64,000 nucleotides of DNA, from NCBI GenBank assembly GCA_963674825.1, contig OY771587.1, positions 3,200,001-3,264,000 on the forward strand, read 5' to 3'. The DNA is from Candidatus Cloacimonadales bacterium. Its GTDB lineage: Bacteria; Cloacimonadota; Cloacimonadia; Cloacimonadales; JAIOQZ01. Position numbers and translations under genes: made by a program. The notes under the pieces are model-generated. The model was given only the letters and a program-made list of their open reading frames with translations, was not told the DNA's origin and ran no database searches. Below, in pieces: positions 40,317-48,833 of this stretch. Position 1 is the stretch's first letter; each line of letters opens with the position of its first letter.

Positions 40317-41948
40317 TTAGTGATTAGTCTCCGGGAGGTGGAACGAAAAAGTACTGCCCTTGTCGAGCCTGCTCTCGACCCATATCTCGCCACTGTGTTT
40401 CTGGATGATCTGGCGTGTCATTGCCAGGCCAATCCCGATACCACCCGTTTTACGCTCATTCATTTTACCCAGCTGCTGAAATTGCTCGAATAAGTTGCTG
40501 ATCTCATGCTCTTCGATGCCGCTTCCAGTGTCTTCCACTGAAACCGTTACACCATCGCCTGCTCGTTCTGTCCTGATACGTATGAAACCCGAATCGGTGA
40601 ATTTTACTGCGTTTTCGAACAGGTTCATGACACCCTTTACTATCCAGTCCGCATTCAAATCGACAGGAATAACTTCGGATGAAAGATCCATATACAGCGT
40701 GATTTCCTTGCCGGCGAGAAGCTGCTCCATATCGGGACGAAGATTCTTGATGATCTGATTGATATTGTAGCGCTGCATCTCCAGATTACCGGAAATGAGG
40801 TCAAGACTGCGGAAATCGAGAATGCGGGTAACGATTGCATTGAGCCGCTTGGCGTTCTCACGGATATGGGTTCCGATCTCGATCTGCTCGTCGTTCATCT
40901 CGCCGAGGTCCTGATCGATCAACAATGACATTCCATCACTGATCACTGTGAGTGGCGTGCGAAGCTCATGGCTTATGGCAGCGATGAAGAACTCTTTCAT
41001 GTCCAGGAGTTCCTTAACGTGGATATCTGACTGAATGCTTTCGGAAAGGTTCATATAAAGGTCGCCGATCAAGCGAAGCAGCGGAAAGTTGTGCTGCCAT
41101 TCACGCTGGATGGGCTGCCTGAAGAAAAACGCGATATAGCCTTTCAGTTCTCCTTTGGAAAACATCGGGACAGCTAAGAGTCCGCTACACTGGCAGCGCT
41201 CCATGATCTGAACAACCATCGAATTTTCGATTCTGGCAATATGGGGGAAGAATAAAACCGACTCCTGAGCGAATCGCTCTTGAATCCAGGAGCGGAATGC
41301 CGCTTTAAGCGTAGGAGGAACTCGCTTCTCGATCGATTCTATTTGCAGAAGATTCATCAGGTCGTTATCGAAAAAGACAAGGTGCATCTCATCTGCACCA
41401 ATCTTCTGCGTGATCTTGTCGAACGAGTTCTCCACACCAGGCTTGAGATTCTCTACTTCGATACCCAGTGATTGTGTTGATATTGTTGTCAGGAGCTGTC
41501 CGAATTCCTGAAGATAGCGGATCTCGGCAGTCCTTTCCTGCACGGCAGTCTCAAGTCGTTTGGTGTAGTCTTTGAGATGGAGCGAGTTTTCCACGGCCAT
41601 TTTCAGCTCATAGATACCGAAGGGTTTATGCAGGAAATGGGCGACACCACGTTTATAACAGATTTCCAGAGTCTGATTGTCACCAGCCTGAGTCATTACG
41701 ACAACAGCCCATGGATCTTTATTGGAGAGGTCAATTCGTTCGAGGAATTCCAATCCACCCATGCGCGGCATATTCATGTCGAGAATGATCACGTCAGGAC
41801 GCTTCTTTTCGAACTCGACCAACCCTTCTTCACCGTTTGCAGCTTCGGCAAAGGTGTATTCTGGCGATTCGAGTACTTCGCGTATAATCTCGCGTATCGA
41901 TTCATCATCTTCGACGATTAGTATGTGCCTTATCTGTTCTTCACTCAT
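40317..41948 (-). CDS. Hybrid histidine kinase (REC-GAF-like-HisKA-HATPase)
   Basis: ILIVEDD/LDMNMP receiver; SHELRTP H-box; NAVKFT, DTGSG and GIGIGL boxes. Confidence 0.9.
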   Translation of the reverse strand: MSEEQIRHILIVEDDESIREIIREVLESPEYTFAEAANGEEGLVEFEKKRPDVIILDMNMPRMGGLEFLERIDLSNKDPWAVVVMTQAGDNQTLEICYKRGVAHFLHKPFGIYELKMAVENSLHLKDYTKRLETAVQERTAEIRYLQEFGQLLTTISTQSLGIEVENLKPGVENSFDKITQKIGADEMHLVFFDNDLMNLLQIESIEKRVPPTLKAAFRSWIQERFAQESVLFFPHIARIENSMVVQIMERCQCSGLLAVPMFSKGELKGYIAFFFRQPIQREWQHNFPLLRLIGDLYMNLSESIQSDIHVKELLDMKEFFIAAISHELRTPLTVISDGMSLLIDQDLGEMNDEQIEIGTHIRENAKRLNAIVTRILDFRSLDLISGNLEMQRYNINQIIKNLRPDMEQLLAGKEITLYMDLSSEVIPVDLNADWIVKGVMNLFENAVKFTDSGFIRIRTERAGDGVTVSVEDTGSGIEEHEISNLFEQFQQLGKMNERKTGGIGIGLAMTRQIIQKHSGEIWVESRLDKGSTFSFHLPETNH

Positions 41949-41972
41949 GGCTTTACCCGTAGTTATATGAAG

Positions 41973-43913
41973 CTACGATTGCTTTTTTAGCTCGATCAGC
42001 AGTTCATCTACCTTTTTCTTTTTCTCGAAGTTCTGTTGTCTGGAAAGTACTTCAAGTTCGTTTATTGCTTGATTTTTCCGATCCAGACAGATATACGTCA
42101 TGGCGAGTCGAAGGCGTGCGTCAGAGACCTTGTGGGACTGTGGGTATTCATCGATAACAGTCTTGAAATGGCTTGCGCTTCGTTCGTAATCTTGCCGCGC
42201 GTATTGGATTTCGCCAAGCCAGTAATGGACGTTCGGTGCAAGATAATGATGAGGATTCATAGCCAGAAGGTCATTAAACGTCCGCTCGGCTTTTAGAGCA
42301 TCGCCCGACCAAAGCTGATCAAGTGCTTGGTCGTACATACTCTTGAAGTTCATGGATGTCTTGGGTGCTTCCGGTTTCTTGGTTTCTTCAGCCTTTTTTT
42401 CTTCGGCTTTCTTTTCCTCGGGTTTCTTCTCCTCAGCCTTCGGTTTCTCAGCCGGCTTTGGCTTGGTTACCTCAGGTTTCGGTTCAGGCTTCTTTTCTTC
42501 TACTTTCGGCTTCGGAGCAGGAGCTGGCTTCTTCACTGTTTCGGCAGGCTTGGGTTGCTGCTGAATGGGCTGCGTCAACGGGATTGGTTTTTGCCGATTC
42601 GGCTGAAGCTTCTCCATAAGCACTGTCTCGAGATGCAGGCTGTAACCTTCACGATCGGCAGCTTTGAGCTTCGGATAATGGATGCTGACGCTGCAATTAA
42701 GAATATGCTTGTCCAGCTCGCGGAGCAAATTCAAGAACGTACTGCGAATTTCTCTTAAGTACGGGCGGTTTGCATTGTTGAGTAACACCAGATTTTCATC
42801 CGGTGGTGCAATAAGCTCGCCTTTCTTGTTGATATATCCCGTTTGAACCAGTTCGTCGAAGATAAGCTTAGGATCGGTTTTGCGTTGCCGTGCTACCGAA
42901 AGGAAATCTTCCGGTTTCAGCCGGGTCTTGGGTATTACAAAAACCTTAGAGACGATGAATTTCTCGCGAAGACTGAACTCTTTACGGAATTCTTCGAGAA
43001 GATAATCACTTTCGCGGTAGATCTGGCGGATGATACCGCGATAGGAATAACCGTCATTAAACATCACCTTTACGTAGGTTCCCGGACGAACATAGCGACG
43101 ATAGCGGAAATCGAAATAGGTGATAACATAGCGATCGTTGGTGTTCGCGAGTGTCAGGATCGTTTCTGTCTGATCCACGACTTCGTACGGGGTCTTTTTT
43201 ACGGTCGCAACAATGCCGTCGTGCGTTGCGATAAGATGACGGTCGCCATGGCCACCATAGCCGCTTCCGCCGGTGTTACGGACGACAGTTTTTTCGCTGC
43301 CGGCTTCTTTGAGGTTTCGGATCACCAGATATTCGTACTGGATGCTTTTGTTCACCTTTTGCAGCTTGAACTCGATATCTTCTATCTTTTCCTTGTATTT
43401 CCGGAGTTCGGAAGTGGTCAGGAGTTCCTTGCGATAGAGTTCCCGAGCATTTTCCAGCTCTTTTTGCGCTGTTGCAAGCTCTTCCGTGTAGCGATCCTTT
43501 TCCAGTCGCAGAAGTTGCAGGTCTTTCTGTGCGCCGATGATCTTGCTCTGGTCTTTCTGGGTTGTAGTGGAAGTCTGCACAGGTGTGTAAGTTCTTCCTC
43601 CCCAGGCACCTTCGTAATCCACTACCACGAGCGTATCACCGCGATGGACTTCCTGGTTTCGCACGACGTTGATCTCGTCGATCCGCGCTGGGTCAACGGT
43701 TGCAATTCTCGTTTCCGTCGCCGTAAATACCCCCATACCTTTCACAAAGAAGATACGGTTGATCAGGTAATAGAGTGCGAAAACCACCAGTGCAATGATG
43801 ATGGCGAAATAGATCAGCTTGCCGAGCGTTATCCGCTTTCTACGTGGCGGCTCAAGCTTCGACATGGCCTCCGAATGATCGATCAGATCATTACCGCTTT
43901 TTCTCAAGTTCAT
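41973..43913 (-). CDS. HlyD-like membrane fusion protein with Pro/Lys/Glu linker and C-terminal CpoB/YbgF-like TPR domain
   Basis: Single N-terminal TM; lipoyl halves (V..NQEV.RGDTL and A..DGIV) around a coiled coil; PKPE repeats; A..YWLGE..Y...Y..S...F..V...YP.S.K..DA.L.L. Confidence 0.72.
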   Translation of the reverse strand: MNLRKSGNDLIDHSEAMSKLEPPRRKRITLGKLIYFAIIIALVVFALYYLINRIFFVKGMGVFTATETRIATVDPARIDEINVVRNQEVHRGDTLVVVDYEGAWGGRTYTPVQTSTTTQKDQSKIIGAQKDLQLLRLEKDRYTEELATAQKELENARELYRKELLTTSELRKYKEKIEDIEFKLQKVNKSIQYEYLVIRNLKEAGSEKTVVRNTGGSGYGGHGDRHLIATHDGIVATVKKTPYEVVDQTETILTLANTNDRYVITYFDFRYRRYVRPGTYVKVMFNDGYSYRGIIRQIYRESDYLLEEFRKEFSLREKFIVSKVFVIPKTRLKPEDFLSVARQRKTDPKLIFDELVQTGYINKKGELIAPPDENLVLLNNANRPYLREIRSTFLNLLRELDKHILNCSVSIHYPKLKAADREGYSLHLETVLMEKLQPNRQKPIPLTQPIQQQPKPAETVKKPAPAPKPKVEEKKPEPKPEVTKPKPAEKPKAEEKKPEEKKAEEKKAEETKKPEAPKTSMNFKSMYDQALDQLWSGDALKAERTFNDLLAMNPHHYLAPNVHYWLGEIQYARQDYERSASHFKTVIDEYPQSHKVSDARLRLAMTYICLDRKNQAINELEVLSRQQNFEKKKKVDELLIELKKQS

Positions 43914-45960
43914 CTTTTTCTACCCTTATATGTAACAGGTTGTTATAGTCATGATACGCCATTCCACGGAAGTTAACAAACACCGATAGTTTGTTGCGCA
44001 GCATTTCTACGCTGTCCCGTAGCTGGTTACGGTTATCAAAATTATCGATATTGACGCCTACAACGACCGGTATGCCGGCGTCTTCGGTATCGTTCATCTC
44101 GTTGTACACTTTTATAAGTAGATCTTCCAGTGATCGCTGGTACGCCATTAGCGTTACTTCATTGACATACGGCAGGATCGTCATAAGATAAGCGGGATCC
44201 GCTTCATCGAAGAATGGAGCGATATCAACTTCGATCCGAATCTGGTCACCGACAAGGCGTTTCACGTACTGAAGCGTTTCTTTGAGAAGTTCCAACCCCG
44301 TGACTTTGTCTGTGTCCCACACCTCGAGGCCCTGCGGTTCGAGGTCAAGATGAAGACCATCGATGCGCTCATCTTCCGGAGCGACGGCATTGTAGTGCAT
44401 TATCTGCTCAATTCTTCTGCCAAGCTCCGGTCGTTTACTTCTGACCAGCCATGAATTTTCCGAGAGCAGTGCGCTGATCTGGATGTTGTGCCGGTGCAGT
44501 TCGGAGATAAGGTTGATCAGATCAGGCGAGCCGGCTTCAAGCTTCTGAATGATCGCCTGCGAGAACGAAAAATAGACGCGATCGATCTTGTACGTGTTGC
44601 AGGTTGTCAGGATTTCACGTGCCTTGCCCTGTGTGAGAAGTTCTTCGGTATTCCAGATCCAGACGCCATTGGAAATATCTTGAGCCTGTTCCGGAGTAGC
44701 CAATTTGAAAACCGATAATGGCAGGAAAGTTGCAAAAGCGAGGTTCATGATCGAGCGTTCCAGCTGAAGCTGTGAGATCTCGTATTCCATCTGCGCCTGC
44801 TGGAAATCAAGCTGTGCCTTATGCATATCCCATGATTGCCAGTCGTCTGTTTGAACGGAAGCGATTTTTAGGCGTTCCTGAGCGATATCACGTTCGATGC
44901 GGATGTATTCAATCTCATTCTGCTTCGATTCGCAGTCGGCATAGAGCCGGATGAGATCATCAATGTTTTCTTCTAACCGCTCCTGATTTTCGATCTCAGT
45001 GTAGCGTTGAGAGACCTTGCGAAGCTTTTTATTGTGTCCCGGGAAAGTCAATATTGAAAGCGGGAAGCTGATTCGCGCGCCTGCTTCGAGGTTGTCGCGA
45101 TCCTGCCCCGAACCATATTCGTACCAGTTGTAGCCACCGTAAATGGTCAGGCTGATATCGCGTAGCGAATTGTAGCGATAGCCGTCAATAGCTTCCTGGT
45201 AGTGAAGCTGACGCCTACCACGCGCATCGTAATAACTGTATAGGCTATCCATGAGAGCGTTGAAATCGGGAAGGTCATGGAAATTGCCGTAATCCTCGAA
45301 GGGAATGGTCTTCGGATCGAGATTATATTTGGCTGCGAAGAGCTCCCGTGTTGCCTGGAACTTGGTCGAATATTCGTCGTATCGGGTATGAACGCGCTCT
45401 ACATCGCGGCTCGACTTCACGAAGTCATCCCGCAGGATTTCACCGAAATAGTATCGACGCTTCACCTTGTCGAACTCGGTGCTGGTCGATGTATCCAATG
45501 CGGAATAGGCTTCTGCCTGGCGCTTGAGGATGAGGAGCTTGAGGTATTCATCGAGAAGCCCTGCTTCGCGTCTGCGGATTAGTTCGTCGATACGGTCGGC
45601 AAGCCTGGCTCGTTCATTCTTTTTCTTTTTAACCTCTGCCGGCGTTGTCACAAAAGTGGTCGTAAGATCCTGTTGCAGTTGCAGCGATGCACGGCTTTCG
45701 GTGCGGTCGTCGCCGATCTCCTCTTCCATATACTCGAGGAAATATCTGCGATAGGACATACTGACGTTCGGACTGTACTGATGTCGGGTGGCGTCGATCT
45801 CATAATCGATCCGCTCCATTTCGGCATTCAGTTTCTGGATCTGATAATCGTTCTCAATCACCTTTTGCTTCAGATCTTCCAGAAACGCGTTCTGACCGAA
45901 TAACCAGGCACATGAAGTTATGAGAATCAATATCGAAACGATACGTTTGGTTATTACCAT
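43891..45960 (-). CDS. TolC-like outer-membrane efflux domain fused to a GH18-like TIM-barrel glycoside hydrolase domain
   Basis: Signal peptide; two helix/beta repeats (PNVSMSY, LEAGARISFPL); C-terminal GVWIWN, DGLHLDLEP, LMAY and GMAYHDY motifs. Confidence 0.62.
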   Translation of the reverse strand: MVITKRIVSILILITSCAWLFGQNAFLEDLKQKVIENDYQIQKLNAEMERIDYEIDATRHQYSPNVSMSYRRYFLEYMEEEIGDDRTESRASLQLQQDLTTTFVTTPAEVKKKKNERARLADRIDELIRRREAGLLDEYLKLLILKRQAEAYSALDTSTSTEFDKVKRRYYFGEILRDDFVKSSRDVERVHTRYDEYSTKFQATRELFAAKYNLDPKTIPFEDYGNFHDLPDFNALMDSLYSYYDARGRRQLHYQEAIDGYRYNSLRDISLTIYGGYNWYEYGSGQDRDNLEAGARISFPLSILTFPGHNKKLRKVSQRYTEIENQERLEENIDDLIRLYADCESKQNEIEYIRIERDIAQERLKIASVQTDDWQSWDMHKAQLDFQQAQMEYEISQLQLERSIMNLAFATFLPLSVFKLATPEQAQDISNGVWIWNTEELLTQGKAREILTTCNTYKIDRVYFSFSQAIIQKLEAGSPDLINLISELHRHNIQISALLSENSWLVRSKRPELGRRIEQIMHYNAVAPEDERIDGLHLDLEPQGLEVWDTDKVTGLELLKETLQYVKRLVGDQIRIEVDIAPFFDEADPAYLMTILPYVNEVTLMAYQRSLEDLLIKVYNEMNDTEDAGIPVVVGVNIDNFDNRNQLRDSVEMLRNKLSVFVNFRGMAYHDYNNLLHIRVEKDELEKKR

Positions 45961-47273
45961 CTTTCCGCCCTTTCTCTGACTCGTTGCGGTACGAAAGGAA
46001 GTTTGTAAGACACCCTGAAAAGCAGCTCGCTAAGGTATGCCGAAGCCCTGATAAGGCGAATGAAATACCCCTTATAGAAGCTGAAAAGCAGAATATACAT
46101 AAATAGGTGGATGTCCTGGTTGCGTTTACCGTTCAAAGACCACGCGATAAGCATCTCCAGAAACACAACGGCGCTGGAGACCACGTGGAAGATAATTAGT
46201 ATTGTCAGGAATGTGTATAGCTTGAAGCTGAGGAAGAGGAACAGGAAGATCACGAAGGTCATGGTAAGAACCAGTTGGAAGAAAACGATGTCCAGCCACC
46301 CGATTAGATTCGTGATGGAGAAATTACTCCACTCAAGGTTCGTCACGTTACGATGCTTTCTCAGCTTGATCTTGATCATACTTGTGTTCCAGCGGAACCG
46401 TTGCTTGATCAGTGCGTATAGCGATTCCGGGACTTTTGTATAACAAATGGCGTCGGCTGCAAAATGGACGCGCCATTTCTTCTTGCGGACTTTTGTCGTG
46501 ATATCCGAGTCTTCACCCGGACCCACCGAATAACCGTGAACCGATTGCAGGATGGAACGCCTGAACGCTCCGAACGCGCCGGACACGATGTAGAGAATGT
46601 TCACGCGGCTGCGGAAACGTCGGCCAGTTGCGATACTGAGCAGATATTCCATACCCTGAAGCGCGGTCACCACGTTCGTATTCGCGTTCAGCACTCGAAG
46701 ATTTCCGCCCACAGCACCCACTTCGGGATCGTAGAAATGGTAAAGAGTGTTCTCGAAGGCACGACGATGGAACAGTGTATCGGAATCGATACCGATGACA
46801 TATTCGCCGCGTGCGTACTGGAGCGCGTGATTTAGCGCACTGGATTTTCCACCGCGAACACTGTTGCGGATCAGCGTGATCTCACCTCGTCTTGCCAGCG
46901 GGAGCGCTGCCTCATAGGTTCCGTCCGTCGAGCAGTCGTCCGAGATGATGATCTGCAAGTTGTTGTACGTCTGTTCCTGCAATGAACGAATCGTTTTGAG
47001 GATGGTCTCCTTTTCATTCATGGAGGGAACGATCACTGAAACGAGTGGCCTTTCGCGGAAGAGCCTTTCCTTGGCGCGATCCCTGAAGAGATTTTCTTCC
47101 GATTTCTGCCGCCTTGGGTGCAGCAGGAATGTCAGAAAACGCGTGAAGAGATAACGCGGAAGATCGAACAGAAGGAAAAACGGCATGAAAATGAAGACCG
47201 TTTGAAGCCGCCAGTGCTGACGGGCAAAGTCTTCCAGAAAGAAGTATGCCGAGTATAGATCCTGTTCGAACAT
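45954..47273 (-). CDS. Processive GT2 polysaccharide synthase (PgaC/IcaA/HasA/NodC-like)
   Basis: DDCSTD, GKSSALN, DSD, VSGAFGAFR, GED and QRFRW motifs; N- and C-terminal TMs; start placed at MFEQ after GAGG. Confidence 0.88.
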   Translation of the reverse strand: MFEQDLYSAYFFLEDFARQHWRLQTVFIFMPFFLLFDLPRYLFTRFLTFLLHPRRQKSEENLFRDRAKERLFRERPLVSVIVPSMNEKETILKTIRSLQEQTYNNLQIIISDDCSTDGTYEAALPLARRGEITLIRNSVRGGKSSALNHALQYARGEYVIGIDSDTLFHRRAFENTLYHFYDPEVGAVGGNLRVLNANTNVVTALQGMEYLLSIATGRRFRSRVNILYIVSGAFGAFRRSILQSVHGYSVGPGEDSDITTKVRKKKWRVHFAADAICYTKVPESLYALIKQRFRWNTSMIKIKLRKHRNVTNLEWSNFSITNLIGWLDIVFFQLVLTMTFVIFLFLFLSFKLYTFLTILIIFHVVSSAVVFLEMLIAWSLNGKRNQDIHLFMYILLFSFYKGYFIRLIRASAYLSELLFRVSYKLPFVPQRVRERAERW

Positions 47274-47292
47274 TTCGTTTAGCCTCGTTTCT

Positions 47293-48825
47293 TTAGAATT
47301 CGATGACTTCGTTCTGACGGACAAGCTTTTCAAGTAGCTCGTCGCCGGTTGTTCCGTCTTCGGGATAGGTTACAAACTTGATATCGATGGTGAGCGCAGC
47401 CTTGATGCGCTGCTGGGCCTTCTCCATGATGCCATCGACGACTTTCTTCGCGCGCTTACTGTCAGCTTCCGGGAGGATACTGACGAAGGAGTTCTTGTCG
47501 TAGCGCGCTGGAATATCGACCTTCCAGAGGCTCTCCTTGAGGATTGCCGTGAGGTCTCGGAGGATATCGTGCGCTAATTCTTCGCCACCTTGTTCGATGA
47601 AGTCGTCGAGTCCGACCACTTCGAGAAGCACCAGCGAAAGCGCTCTATCGAACTGTTCAGCACGCTGGAGTTCCTCGCGGAACTTGGTCCGGAAGTAGTT
47701 AAGGTTGAATAGATTGATGTCCTGATCCATCAGCTCCTGCTCGAAGTTAACGGAGAAGAATCGTCCCTGCTGAACCGCTTCGTTTGCCTTGTCGGTCAGC
47801 ACGAAGCTGAAGATGTTCGAGCGGATGGCGTCACCGGCGTAGAATTCGTTTTTACAGTTACGGCACTGGCAAAGGACATCCGGTTCTGTGAACTTGTGCT
47901 GATTTTTGTTGCAGACGAACATCTTGCCGGGTTTGTCGTAGTCAACGCCGATCGCCTCGAGCTCGTCCAGGCATTTCGGGCAGACCAGCGAGAGACCATG
48001 CATGAATTCGCGCTCGGTTCCGATGTAGCCACACTTGTAATGATGGATCGTCGGCATGAGCGAGATATCGGGGCTGCGGTCGGTCGGGCAGACTTCGCGC
48101 AGGTTGAGATTGTGATGGGTGCAGTTGGGGCAGAGGAGGATGCGATCGAAGAAGGTGCGTTTGACCGTACCTTTTTCTTCGAGATAATAAAGCTCCTGCA
48201 GCTCCATGCCTGGCTGTAGATCGAAAAACGATGTGACGTCCTTGTACTCGTAGCCAGATTTGACCAGGATGTTGTAAACTGGGTCGATTTGCGCGATGTT
48301 GCGGTCGATGAGTTCCTTGAGGAATTCCAACCGTTTTTTATCCCGACTGTCAATCGCGAGCGCGGATCCGCCTTCTTCGGGAAGCGCGACAGCGATTTGT
48401 GCGCGACGAAGAACGCTCTGGATACGTGCTGCAAGCTCTTCAGCGTCGTAGGGTTTGGTCATGTAGTCGTCAATACCGAGTTTGAGCGCTTTGATCTTGG
48501 TCTCCTGCGAGACTTTGGCGGTCAGCATAATGATCGGTATGTGACTAACCTTCGGATTGGCACGAATCGCCTGCGCGACTTCGTATCCGTCCATACCCGG
48601 CATCAGAAGATCGAGAATAATCAGATCAGGCGGTTCGTTCTCGATGAACTCAAGCGCTTTTTCGCCTGAATTTACAGAAAAACTGTTATAACCGAGTTTG
48701 CGAAGACGGGTTGTAATGATTTTATTCAGAACAATTTCATCATCGACAACGAGAATTTTTTTCTTGTTATCGTCTTCTGAGTTCATTGCCGTCTGCGGCT
48801 CGTACGTCTCGTTTTTTTCTTCCAT
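47293..48825 (-). CDS. Response regulator: REC + Cys-rich TackOD1-like domain + degenerate GGDEF
   Basis: ILVVDD/LDLLMP/KP receiver; CPNC, H..CG, CPKC, IG.DY and CRNC; D..INLFN..YF...ARYDKNSF..ILP. Confidence 0.8.
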   Translation of the reverse strand: MEEKNETYEPQTAMNSEDDNKKKILVVDDEIVLNKIITTRLRKLGYNSFSVNSGEKALEFIENEPPDLIILDLLMPGMDGYEVAQAIRANPKVSHIPIIMLTAKVSQETKIKALKLGIDDYMTKPYDAEELAARIQSVLRRAQIAVALPEEGGSALAIDSRDKKRLEFLKELIDRNIAQIDPVYNILVKSGYEYKDVTSFFDLQPGMELQELYYLEEKGTVKRTFFDRILLCPNCTHHNLNLREVCPTDRSPDISLMPTIHHYKCGYIGTEREFMHGLSLVCPKCLDELEAIGVDYDKPGKMFVCNKNQHKFTEPDVLCQCRNCKNEFYAGDAIRSNIFSFVLTDKANEAVQQGRFFSVNFEQELMDQDINLFNLNYFRTKFREELQRAEQFDRALSLVLLEVVGLDDFIEQGGEELAHDILRDLTAILKESLWKVDIPARYDKNSFVSILPEADSKRAKKVVDGIMEKAQQRIKAALTIDIKFVTYPEDGTTGDELLEKLVRQNEVIEF

Positions 48826-48833
48826 GTTGCACT

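Noticed and set aside
41973..42340. Tol-Pal locus (cpoB with the tolB-like gene at 35736-36725)
   Set aside because: No tolQ/R/A or pal is nearby, the TPR is fused to an MFP, and the propeller protein lacks the TolB N-terminal domain.
42843..43976. 377-aa plus-strand ORF
   Set aside because: Antisense shadow of the HlyD-like gene.
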